A stretch of DNA of 64,000 nucleotides from Macrostomum lignano. Lineage: Eukaryota. How positions within the stretch are numbered: the stretch's first letter is position 1; each line of letters starts with the position of its first letter. Shown in pieces: positions 23,177 through 34,561 of the stretch. The notes beneath the pieces were generated by a model. That model saw only the letters and a list, made by a program, of their open reading frames with translations. It was not told the DNA's origin and ran no database searches. Made by a program: the position numbers and the translations under genes. The stretch spans positions 1 through 64,000 of the forward strand of contig NIVC01001338.1 in NCBI GenBank assembly GCA_002269645.1. The letters are read 5' to 3'.

Positions 23177-23926
23177 ATGCTCTCCCGTCTCATGTGCGAC
23201 CGCTGCAGACTGCAGCTTCTGCTAGCTGGTCGCCAACACCAGCAGTTCTTCCGGCGATTCAAAAGCGACACCTCGGCCCGCTTTGGTCAGAATCCGGGGC
23301 CGGGCGGGCCGTGGCAAAGTCGCGGAAAACCCGCAGTAGACGCGGGCGCCACGGCCACAATGTACATGTCCGCCGCGGCCGTGTTCATGCTAGGCCTATC
23401 GTACGCTTCGGTGCCGCTGTACCGCAAATTCTGCCAGATTACCGGCACCGCGTCCAACCCGCTGCTGGCTCGAGTTGACAACATCGAGCGAGTCCGCGAG
23501 ATGCGACCGGTGGCCGACTGTCCGCTGGTTGTCAACTTTATCGCCGACACGCACTCGCAGTTGGCTTGGAATTTCCGGCCGCAGCAGCCGCGGGTTCAGC
23601 TGGTGCCCGGCGAGACTGTGCTGGTGTTCTACACGGCCAGGAACCCCACGGATGTGCCCGTGACCGGCATCGCCACCTACACCGTCAACCCCTACCAGGC
23701 CTCCCAGTATTTCAACAAGATCCAATGCTTCTGCTTTGAAGAGCAGCGTTTAAATCCTGGCGAAGAGGTCGACATGCCCGTGTTTTTCTACATCGACCCG
23801 GAGTTCATTAACGACCCCAGGCTGAGAGACGTGCGCCAGATTACGCTGTCTTATTGCTTCTTCGAAGCCAAGGAGGGCCTGAGTCTGTCCCTGCCTGGAC
23901 TGACTGCGAGTCCAGCCGCCACTTGA
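23177..23926 (+). CDS. COX11: Cytochrome c oxidase assembly protein COX11 (mitochondrial copper chaperone)
   Basis: Presequence-like R-rich N-terminus; TM segment YMSAAAVFMLGLSYASVPLYRKFCQITG; WNFRPQQ; PGETVLVFY; YFNKIQCFCFEEQRL (Cu-binding CFCF); VDMPVFFYIDPEF; ITLSY. ATG at 23177; intronless CDS. Confidence 0.98.
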   Translation: MLSRLMCDRCRLQLLLAGRQHQQFFRRFKSDTSARFGQNPGPGGPWQSRGKPAVDAGATATMYMSAAAVFMLGLSYASVPLYRKFCQITGTASNPLLARVDNIERVREMRPVADCPLVVNFIADTHSQLAWNFRPQQPRVQLVPGETVLVFYTARNPTDVPVTGIATYTVNPYQASQYFNKIQCFCFEEQRLNPGEEVDMPVFFYIDPEFINDPRLRDVRQITLSYCFFEAKEGLSLSLPGLTASPAAT

Positions 23927-24019
23927 ACTGATTTCTTTTACTGTTTTGGGGTGCTTTATGTTCTTGTGTCTGTAGGTTTAATATGAATCAATTCTTTAGA
24001 GCTTTGCAAGATGGGGCAT

Positions 24020-24290
24020 CAGCCTCTCAGATCCTCAGTTGCTGGGCCAGCCTCTCAGATTCTCAGTTGCTGGGCCAGCGTCTTAGATCCTCAGTTACTG
24101 GGCCAGCCTCTCAGATCCTCAGTTACTGGGCCAGCCTCTTAGATCCTCAGTTGTTGGGCCAGCCTCCCAGATCCTCAGTTGCTGCCTCTCAGATCCTCAG
24201 TTACTGGGCCAGCCTCCCAGATCCTCAGTTGCTGGGCCAGCCTCCCAGATCCTCAGTTGCTGCCTCTTAGATCCTCAGTTTCTGGGCGAG
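24020..24290. repeat. 28-bp tandem repeat (gctgggccagcctctcagatcctcagtt) between COX11 and HAUS1
   Basis: About 9 variant copies. Confidence 0.93.
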
Positions 24291-24614
24291 CCTTTATCTG
24301 TTAGAAATGTGCAAAAAACTATGCAAAAAATGAGATTATATTGTGTTCCTGTATTTCAATCTACGCTGTTATGCCCTATAGCTAAACTCTATAGGCAGAG
24401 CTTGCGTATAATTGATAATTCAAGTACATTGCTATTGTGCCGTCCATAAGACTGGCAGTCAGCGATATAAAAATTTAAAATTTATAGTCTTCTTTTATTT
24501 TTGTCTACACTACTGTTATCAAAGTCCAATTAGTGTTAAATATGTTCTGTAACAAACTTCTTTACTACCGGTACTGATAATCACTTTCAGCATTAATAAA
24601 CTAACATTGGCACA

Positions 24615-27150
24615 ATGAGCTCTTCTCGGTCCGCTAAACCTGACTATCAGGAGCTGATGGAGCAGCAGCTGGACGACTTGCGATTCCACGAAAGTAGAGG
24701 TTTGTGCGGGGATTCGGGTGTCTAAGTGAAGCTTTGGTGTGGGTGACTCATCACTGTGAAGGGTCTGGGTGAAGCTGTGGTGTGGGTGACTCATCACTGT
24801 GAAGGGTCTGGGTGAAACTGTGGTATGGGTGACTCATCACTGTGAAGGGTCTGGGTGAAGCTGTGGTGTGGGTGACTCATCACTGTGAAGGGTCTGGGTG
24901 AAGCTGTGGTGTGGGTGACTCATCACTGTGAAGGGTCTGGGTGAAGCTGTGGTGTGGGTGACTCATCACTGTGAAGGGTCTGGGTGAAACTGTGGTGTGG
25001 GTGACTCATCACTGTGAAGGGTCTGGGTGAAGCTGTGGTGTGGGTGACTCATCACTGTGAAGGGTCTGGGTGAAGCTGTGGTGTGGGTGACTCACTGTGA
25101 CAGGCATGTGAACCAGCTAGCAATTAAATTTCCAACCCTCAGCTGAACTTCACCGCAGCGTTCTATCGAAGTTCCTTGGCGACAGTCTGGCAGAGACTGT
25201 GCTGTCGCCCGACACCCTGCCTGAGCTCCATAGCTTGGTGCGACTGGCGGTTGAGCAGGGCTTCGACACCTTGGATGTTGCACAGTGAGTCATTGTGCCT
25301 TTGGAAGCCTCTTTCTACAGAAACCTGCGTATTTTTGCCGCCGATCTTAGCTGCACACCTTAGCTACACACCTCAGCTGCACACCTTAGCTACACACCTC
25401 AGCTGCACACCTTAGCTACACACCTTAGCTACACACCTTAGCTGCACACCTTAGCTACACACCTCAGCTGCACACCTTAGCTACACACCTCAGCTGCACA
25501 CCTTAGCTGCACACCTCAGCTGCACACCTTAGCTGCACACCTTAGCTACACACCTTAGCTACACACCTTAGCTACACACCTTAGCTGCACACCTTAGCTA
25601 CACACCTCAGCTGCACACCTTAGCTGCACACCTTAGCTACACACCTTAGCTGCACACCTTAGCTACACACCTTAGCTGCACACCTTAGCTACACACCTTA
25701 GCTGCGCACCTTAGCTGCACACCTTAGCTACACAACTTAGCTACACACCTTAGCTACACACCTTAGCTACACACCTTAGCTGCACACCTTTGCTACACAC
25801 CTCAGCTGCACACTTTAGCTGCGCACCTTAGCAACTATTTTAATCCCTATTTTCCAGTCTCTCACGCCGGCTGCTCGCCAATCAGATTGAGCTGGAGAGA
25901 ACTGAACTGGACAGCATCAAGCTGCAGCGATCGCTAGATTCTGTCGGCGAATGTCTTCAACAAGTTGCTGAAATGCAAGCTCAAGTTGATAGGTAGTTAA
26001 GCTTTGATATGGTTACCATGATAGCAAGTTTCTAAGTTTGCATAATTCTTGCTAAAATTTTAGTCTGCTGGAGCAAAAACTTGCCAAAAGCAGCAAGCAG
26101 GCAAGCAAAGCGGCTTCGGCTCAGCGTCAAATTGAAAAGGACTCCCTGGAGGCGAAGAAATTTCAGGCGGCTGCCGAAACGCTTGAGGTTTGTTGTCTGT
26201 TTACTTTACGGGTTTGTGTATATTTATTTTCGATACATATCGGCTTGATTGGTCACCGTTTGTTTTAGTTATTTTCAATACATATCGGTTGAATTAAACA
26301 TCATTGTTTATAGCTATTTTCGATACATGTCGGATGAATTGAATACCATTTTCTTTTATTAGAGGCAGGGGGGTTGTGTGCACCCTGGCGCACTTTAAGC
26401 GACATAGGCACACAACCGGCGAGAGGCATTACTGCCCATTCCGCCGACTCCCCTGAGCAGGCATACAAGCGCGCGGATACGTACGCAGGCACACACTCAC
26501 ACAGGAATGTACAGCGGCCCTAACTTTATATTATCGTTAGGCATGTACACTTCACTGCGCCTTGGGGGGTTGGCTCTCAAGGCCGTTAATTGCACGAGCA
26601 GAGCCAAGCCGAGATTCCAATTCAGCCCCAAATTAATGTGACTGCACTTGGAATCGAGCCTGGGTCGCTGGCACACCAGAGCAGCTGCGCTACCGCTGGG
26701 CTACGGCCCCCCTAATTGAATACCATAAGTTTTAGTTATTTTCGATACATATCGACTGAATTAAACACTGTTGATTATAGTTATTTTCGATACATATCGG
26801 CTTGTCATCAACTAAGGTCATTTTTCTGTAATTCTAAGTGTCTGTTCTATTTCTCCTACTTCTAGCGGTATGTAGCGTTCGTTAATTAAAAAAATCGTTA
26901 TCAAATTCTCCCGCAGGCAAATCTGCAATCGCTAGGTTTTGCTGACAATCTGACGCACGAGAGCCTGATTGAGGCGCACCTGTCTAATCAGCACCTGGCA
27001 GCTGAGAAGCAGTCTCTACTGGCCGGCATGGCCAGGTTTAACGGATTGTCGCCAGATTTAACTGAGGCCCGCGCCGAAGTTGAAGAGCTGGAGAGGGAAG
27101 TGGCCCGGCTGCAGGCTGAGATTCACGAGCAGGGCCGGTTCCTGCTGTGA
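24615..27150 (+). CDS. HAUS1: HAUS augmin-like complex subunit 1 homologue (239 aa, 5 exons)
   Basis: Exons 24615-24699, 25143-25284, 25858-25992, 26064-26187, 26917-27150; all GT-AG, phases consistent. Coiled-coil protein whose C-terminus LQSLGFADNLTHESLIEAH...LLAGMARFNGLSPDLTEARAEVEELEREVARLQAEI matches my recollection of the HAUS1 pattern (L.A.G.D.SL.HQSL...L.SY.DL.P...LA...IEE...EL..IE.EL). AATAAA at 27175. Absent from the ORF track because the exons are short. Confidence 0.8.
24735..25095. repeat. 43-bp minisatellite in HAUS1 intron 1
   Basis: Unit gtgggtgactcatcactgtgaagggtctgggtgaagctgtggt, ~8 copies. Confidence 0.95.
25347..25832. repeat. 13-bp minisatellite (CT[A/G]CACACCT[T/C]AG)n in HAUS1 intron 2
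   Basis: Directly visible. Confidence 0.95.
26350..26713 (-). mobile_element. tRNA-derived SINE (family A), full length, with 13-bp target-site duplication, in HAUS1 intron 4
   Basis: Minus-strand head GGGGGGCCGTAGCCCAGCGGTAGCG with A box (26693-26703) and B box GGCTCGATTCC (26650-26660). A-rich tail TAATAAAAGAAA. Identical flanks AATTGAATACCAT at 26337-26349 and 26714-26726. Confidence 0.88.
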
Positions 27151-27214
27151 GCTCTCGGCTCCGGTTGACATTTGAATAAAAAATTAATTAAATCTATAAA
27201 ACTCGTTAGTAGGG

Positions 27215-28205
27215 TTTGAGCCCTGCTCTAAGCTACAATGCGTGAGATTTTGAGCCCTGCTCTAAGCTACAATGCGAGAGATTTTGAGTCCTGATCTAAG
27301 CTACAATGGGTGAGATTTTGAGCCCTGCTCTAAGCTACAATGGGTGAGATTTTGAGCCCTGCTCTAAGCTACAATGGGTGAGATTTTGAGCCCTGCTCTA
27401 AGCTACAATGGGTGAGATTTTGAGCCCTGCTATAAGCTACAATGGGTGAGATTTTGAGCCCTGCTCTAAGCTACAATGGGTGAGATTTTGAGCCCTGCTA
27501 TAAGCTACAATGGGTGAGATTTTGAGCCCTGCTCTAAGCTACAATGGGAGAGATTTTGAGCCCTGCTCTAAGCTACAATGGGTGAGATTTTGAGCCCTGC
27601 TCTAAGCTACAATGGGAGAGATTTTGAGTCCTGCTATAAGCTACAATGGGAGAGATTTTGAGCCCTGCTCTAAGCTACAATGCGTGAGATTTTGAGCCCT
27701 GCTCTAAGCTACAATGGGAGAGATTTTGAGCCCTGCTCTAAGCTACAATGGGAGAGATTTTGAGCCCTGCTCTAAGCTACAATAGGAGAGATTTTGAGCC
27801 CTGCTCTAAGCTACAATGGGTGAGATTTTGAGCCCTGCTCTAAGCTACAATGGGTGAGATTTTGAGCCCTGCTCTAAGCTACAATGGGTGAGATTTTGAG
27901 CCCTGCTATAAGCTACAATGGGTGAGATTTTGAGCCCTGCTCTAAGCTACAATGGGAGAGATTTTGAGCCCTGCTCTAAGCTACAATAGGAGAGATTTTG
28001 AGTCCTGCTCTAAGCTACAATGGGAGAGATTTTGAGCCCTGCTCTAAGCTACAATGGGAGAGATTTTGAGCCCTGCTCTAAGCTACAATGGGAGAGATTT
28101 TGAGCCCTGCTCTAAGCTACAATGGGAGAGATTTTGAGCCCGGCTCTAAACTACAATGGGAGAGATTTTGAGCCCTGCTCTAAGCGACAATGGGTGAGAT
28201 TTTGA
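27215..28205. repeat. 34-bp minisatellite, ~29 copies, downstream of the HAUS1 polyA signal
   Basis: Unit gagattttgagccctgctctaagctacaatgggt. Confidence 0.96.
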
Positions 28206-28794
28206 GTTGTCTAATCTAGAATAGCTATCATTATTATTTTAATATTTTCCTCAATTCAGCCGCTGCATTATTATGTTTATTTAATGTCGCTGCATTTCTT
28301 AGAAATATAATTGAATTCCTGTGAGTTGTGTTTGATCTATTTATTACTTAACACATTAACTGCATAATATATTTAGGTATGCAGTGGTATGTGCATAAAT
28401 TTTAACACAACATTTAAGCATTGCTTTGCTTTTACTATGATTTGGGTTATTAATATACATACGCATCCGTTTTTTACACAAATTGCTACTCATCTAGTAG
28501 TATACAAATTCGACGCATAAATTAATATTTTAGCTAAGTATATATGCACAGAGAATAAAGCATCAAGGAGGTGATTTTAGCGGCAAAACATTGTTTCGCG
28601 AACATTTCTTAAAACGTTCGATTGGAAATGTCGAATTTTAGTGAGAAAGATGTGTGACAATTAAAACAGTTGATTGATAGGCTGATTTGTTAGTTGAGTC
28701 CTAGTTACAGATACGGAGCACTGGATAGGCCACTCACTGCCTTAGTTAATGACACTTCTTTCAATTGGGCGTCTGTTTTAATTATTTCCGGGAT

Positions 28795-29930
28795 TTTGTC
28801 TCTTGGGTGGGCGCCCCTGTCTCTTGGTGGGTTGTACTCTGTCTGGATGGGCGTCCCTGTCTTTTTGTGGATGTCCTGTCTCTGGGTGGTCGTCCCTGTC
28901 TCGGTTGGGCGTCCCTGTCTCTTGGTGGGTTGTACTCTGTCTGGATGGGCGTCCCTGTCTTTTTGTGGATGTCCTGTCTCTGGGTGGTCGTCCCTGTCTC
29001 GGTTGGGCGTCCCTGTCTCTTGGTGGGCGTCCCTGTCTCTTGGTGGGCGTCCCTGTCTCTTGGTGGGCGTCCCTGTCTCTTGGTGGGCGTCCCTGTCTCT
29101 TGGTGGGCGTCCCTGTCTCTTGGTGGGCGTCCCTGTCTCTTGGTGGGCGTCCCTGTCTCTTGGTGGGCGTCCCGTCTCTTGGTGGGCGCCCCTGTGTCTT
29201 GGTGGGCGCCCCTGTCTCTTGGTTAGGCGTCCCTGTCTCTTGGCGGGTTGTCCTCTGTCTGGATGGGCGTCCCTGTCTTTTTGTGGATGTCCTCTGTCTC
29301 TGGGTGGTCGTCCCTGTCTCTTGGTGGGCGCCCCTGTCTCTTGGTGGGCGCCCCTGTCTCTTGGTGGGCGTCCCCTGTCTCTTGGTGGGTGCCCCTGTCT
29401 CTTGGTGGGCGTCCCCTGTCTCTTGGTGGGCGTCCCGTCTCTTGGTGGGTGCCCCTGTCTCTGGTGGGTGCCCCTGTCCCTTTGCGGGATGTCCTTTGTC
29501 TCTGGGTGTTTGTCCCTGTCTCTTGGTGGGCGTCCCCTGTCTCTTGGTGGGCGTCCCCTGTCTCTTGGTGGGCGTCCCGTCTCTTGGTGGGTGCCCCTGT
29601 CTCTTGGTGGGCGTCCCGTCTCTTGGTGGGCGTCCCTGTCTCTTGGTGGGCGCCCCTGTCTCTTGGTTAGGCGTCCCTGTCTCTTGGTTGGGCGTCCCGT
29701 CTCTTGGTGGGTGCCCCTGTCTCTTGGTGGGCGTCCCGTCTCTTGGTGGGCGTCCCTGTCTCTGGGTGGTCGTCCCTGTCTCGGTTGGGCGTCCCTGTCT
29801 CTTGGTGGGCGCCCCTGTCTCTTGGTGGGCGCCCCTGTCTCTTGGTGGGCGCCCCTGTCTCTTGGTGGGCGTCCCTGTCTCTTGGTGGGCGTCCCGTCTC
29901 TTGGTGGGCGCCCCTGTCTCTCGGTGGATA
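28795..29930. repeat. GC-rich 19-21-bp minisatellite (ccctgtctcttggtgggcgt)n
   Basis: Directly visible. Source of several 370-440-aa spurious ORFs on both strands. Confidence 0.95.
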
Positions 29931-30242
29931 TAATAATAACAAGAATTGATTGCACCTGCCACAGTTGGGCCAGATATGCAACCGACAGCTCAGCCGCAGC
30001 TATTATGCGGCGCATGTGAAGGCTGCGTACGGCTGTTCAGTCCAAGGACTGGGGGTCGCCACACACACCCTCAATTATTATACCCCAGCTATGCTGGCAC
30101 CCATTTTACAGCTGGGTGAACTGAAGCAATACAGAGTTAATTTTCTTGCTAAGGACACAAAAATTGTTCCGATTGGGTCAAGAATCGAACCCCGACCTTC
30201 AAGTCGTGAGTCCGACGCTCTAACCACTAGGCTACAGCCCCC
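29931..30242 (-). mobile_element. tRNA-derived SINE (family B) with CORE/Meta-like central domain
   Basis: Minus-strand head GGGGGCTGTAGCCTAGTGGTTAGAGCG with B box GGTTCGATTCT (30181-30191). Centre TGTGTCCTTAGCAAGAAAATTAACTCTGTATTGCTTCAGTTCACCCAGCTGTAAAATGGG. Ends in a (TTA)n tail near 29931-29940. Confidence 0.78.
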
Positions 30243-30352
30243 TACTTGTACATGGTGGATATGCACAATAACAATTGTACATGTGGATGCTCTGTGGATC
30301 TGGAGATAGCGAGTGGCCCATTCAGTGTTGTGAAGATCTGTGCTCCTAAGTG

Positions 30353-33300
30353 CTAGACAAACGTGCTTGGCTGCGCAGGCAGAGGCGACTGCACCCTCTG
30401 GTAGGCCAGGTGCTGTTGCAGCAGGCTGGTGTACCCCGCCTGATCGGCTCTGACGTCGTCATCTTCGTTGTCGTCCTCTGTGTCCGACAGTGCCGCTCGG
30501 TTGTTGGGTTCCGCTTGAGCTGCATTGGCTGATGAGGCAGCTGTTGCTGCTGGCTCGCGCAGATTTTGGTAGAGTTGCTGCTGCTGGGCCGGCTGCAGGG
30601 TTGTGTAGCGAAGCCGCTGCTTCAGGTCCGAGCTGCTCTGCTGCAGAGAGTCTGGGTTGTTGAGAAAAATGGGGGTTTAGTATCTTTGATGATTGATGAA
30701 CTACTGTAGATAGATTGGACAGATAAGACACTGCACTAGCAATTGGCTCTGCTCGTGCAATTTACGCCATATGAGGGCCAACCCCCAAGGCACAGTGCAG
30801 TGTGTCCTAACGATAAATAAAGTGATGTGACCGAGATGCACTGACTGGCAAGTTAATCCATATACATGAATGTTTTCATGAAACAGCTACCGGAGATTCA
30901 GTTTTTTCCTGCATGTACCTGTTCAGTGTATTTTTCTGAAGGAATTCTTCTAGCATCGACTTTTCTTCACCGAACATGTCTATGCGAAATTTACCTGTGT
31001 ACAAAAGTACATGTATTCAAAAGTACATGCGTGCAAAAGTACATGTGTACTAAAGCATGTGTACTTTCAGAGAAACTGAAAGTTCATGTGTACTTTTAAA
31101 ATAAGGCTATAAAAGTACAAATATATCTCCAGATCCGCTTACCTGCTCGGCCATTCCTGGCCATTCTGCTGCCACCAACGCCGCCTCCTCCAGAACCTCC
31201 GCCGTTGATCGTGGGGTCCAGCCTAGCCGTGTCCGTGCTATGGCCCTTGCCGCTGTCCAGACTCTCCGCGTCATCGGCGCTGTTGCAGGCGGCCGCCCCG
31301 ATGCCTGCCGTCTGCAGAGTGAGTTGTGCGTTTTATTAATTAGCTTTGGGGCTTTTATGATTAGTGCGAAGTGATTAAATAATCCCATGTCGTCTGCTAT
31401 CTTATTTGTATCTTTTAGATTCTACTGTAAGTAGATCTTACTGAAAATGTTAGCTATAATTACAACCAACTAAATGCCGCACCAACTGACTAACTAACTA
31501 ACTAACTGACTGACTGACTGACTGACTGACTGACTGACTGACTGACTGACTGACTGACTGACTGACTGACTGACTGACTGACTGACTGACTGACTGACTG
31601 ACTGACTGACTGACTGACTGACTGACTGACTGACTGACTGACTGACTGACTGACTGACTGACTGACTGACTGACTGACTGACTGACTGACTGACTGACTG
31701 ACTGACTGACTGACTGACTGACTGACTGACTGACTGACTGACTGACTGACTGACTGACTGACTGACTGACTGACTGACTGACTGACTGACTGACTGACTG
31801 ACTGACTGACTGACTGACTGACTGACTGACTGACTGACTGACTGACTGACTGACTGACTGACTGACTGACTGACTGACTGACTGACTGACTGACTGACTG
31901 ACTGACTGACTGACTGACTGACTGACTGACTGACTGACTGACTGACTGACTGACTGACTGACTGACTGACTGACTGACTGACTGACTGACTGACTGACTG
32001 ACTGACTGACTGACTGACTGACTGACTGACTGACTGACTGACTGACTGACTGACTGACTGACTGACTGACTGACTGACTGACTGACTGACTGACTGACTG
32101 ACTGACTGACTGACTGACTGACTGACTGACTGACTGACTGACTGACTGACTGACTGACTGACTGACTGACTGACTGACTGACTGACTGACTGACTGACTG
32201 ACTGACTGACTGACTGACTGACTGACTGACTGACTGACTGACTGACTGACTGACTGACTGACTGACTGACTGACTGACTGACTGACTGACTGACTGACTG
32301 ACTGACTGACTGACTGACTGACTGACTAACTGACTGCCAGCATGAAAATCAGGACACGCACCTCAAACGGCGAAGCAGCCGAGCGAACCTGCCGTCTGCC
32401 CGCCTGCGCCTGCGGCTGATGCGCCAGCAGCGCGGAGCCGAACGGAGCCAACGGCAGCTGCACTTTGTATGGCCGATCGTCTGGCCGCATGGAGTACCGA
32501 CCGCCTGAGGGGGCGGGTGGGAGATCACCGAACTCACATCTAAATTCCTGGCTTATAACACCTGAAATCTGTTTTAGCTGGTACACAGACAAGTATTCGG
32601 CGGTATTCAGACTTTTGAATCTCATTTTGATTCTTCTCTATTCCCCCCTTTTCCGCTCCCTACCTCACTTTGATTCTTGCCTATCCTCCGACCTTTCCGC
32701 TCCCTACCTCACTTTGATTCTTGCCTATCCTCCGACCTTTCTGCTCCCTACCTCACTTTGATTCTTCCCTTTCTTCCGACCTTTCCGCTCCCTACCTCAC
32801 TTTGATTCTTCCCTTTCTTCCGACCTTTCCGCTCCCTACCTCACTTTGATTCTTCCCTTTCTTCCGACCTTTCCGCTCCCTACCTCACTTTGATTCTTCC
32901 CTGACCTTTCCGCTCCCTACCTCACTTTGATTCTTCCCTGACCTTTCCGCTCCCTACCTCACTTTGATTCTTTCCCTATCCTCCGACCTTTCCGCTCCCT
33001 ACCTCACTTTGATTCTTCCCTATCCTCCGACCTTTCCGCTCCCTACCTCACTTTGATTCTTGCCTATCCCCCGACCTTTCCCTCCCTACCTCACTTTGAT
33101 TCTTCCCTTTCTTCCGACCTTTCCGCTCCCTACCTCACTTTGATTCTTCCCTTTCTTCCGACCTTTCCGCTCCCTACCTCACTTTGATTCTTCCCTGACC
33201 TTTCCGCTCCCTACCTCACTTTGATTCTTCCCTTTCTTCCGACCTTTCCGCTCCCTACCTCACTTTGATTCTTCCCTGACCTTTCCGCTCCCTACCTCAC

Positions 33301-34412
33301 TTTGATTCTTCCCTGACCTTTCCGCTCCCTACCTCACTTTGATTCTTTCCCTATCCTCCGACCTTTCCGCTCCCTACCTCACTTTGATTCTTCCCTATCC
33401 TCCAACCTTTCCGCTCCCTACCTCACTTTGATTCTTCCCTATCCCCTGACCTTTCCGCTCCCTACCTCACTTTGATTCTTCCCTATTCGTCCGACCTTTC
33501 CGCTCCGAGATGCAGGAGTTGTCACATTTAATCAGGCCTTTTTTGAGTATTGAAATCGGTTCCTCCTTTTTGAGTTTCAGTCTGACAGCTGCTTGTTGCG
33601 CAACATCCTGTAGCAGAGTCAGTCATGTCTTGCTTTAACAACAGACAAATTTAAACAGCCGTGTAAAATGAAAATCTTTATTAAAACTAAATTGAACAGT
33701 GAAGTAGGTTTAGCAGCACTAATACGCTCGCAGTGTCCTTACAACAAGAAAGATTCCCTATGGACACCCGTGCCCCTGGGGAGGTCAAGCTGATGATGAA
33801 AATGATGAAAACAGCCTGCACGGTAGGGCTGCTTAAGCCAGATGAAGATGCTGGCCTTACAAACACTAAAATATGATGAAGCGCCGCCGAGTCACGCAAA
33901 ATTGCAATTTTCCTTATCTTGGTCACGCTCTGTCCCCTCCCGCCCTGCGCCTCACCTTCGCGTCTGCTTCATATCTGCTCCCAATAAGCAGCAGAGACTT
34001 TGTTTGACATTGCAGTCCTCTTTCCCGTTGGAGATGAGAGATGCTACTACAGGTGAAAGATGGATAGCCGTGTGCTAGGGTGTGATCCTTTAATCTGTGT
34101 CGGCTTTCACGGTGCCGACCGATTGCCGGGCAAAAACTCCAGCATGCATTTTTGTGGCACGCATGGATGAGCAGGGCTAATCAGCTGAGCAAATCCTCGG
34201 CTATGGGTGGGGCTTTTCCCCAAGTGGGGCGAATAATTTAATCCGCTAGTAGGTTTGCAGCTCTCAATCTGGTTAACCTGTTCAAAAATTTCTGTCAGCC
34301 ATTTATGTGGGGAAACTGAGCGCAATTCACTTTGAAGTTCAATGGGGAATTAAAGTTAATCCTGTTGAATCCCGAAATAGGAGAAATTTGATAGACAGAC
34401 AGACAGACAGAT

Positions 34413-34443
<31 letters not shown>

Positions 34444-34444
34444 T

Positions 34445-34509
<65 letters not shown>

Positions 34510-34512
34510 CTA

Positions 34513-34561
<49 letters not shown>

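Noticed and set aside
28694-30019. Five 370-440-aa ORFs on both strands
   Set aside because: All are translations of a 19-21-bp GC-rich minisatellite with non-triplet indels.
30160-30242. Functional tRNA gene (CAC loop, Val-like)
   Set aside because: Anticodon and acceptor stems do not pair well and the head runs into a SINE core. The 26640-26713 head was rejected for the same reason.
33687-34078. Possible extra protocadherin exon in intron 2
   Set aside because: No convincing acceptor/donor pair, and the flanking exons already join in phase without it.
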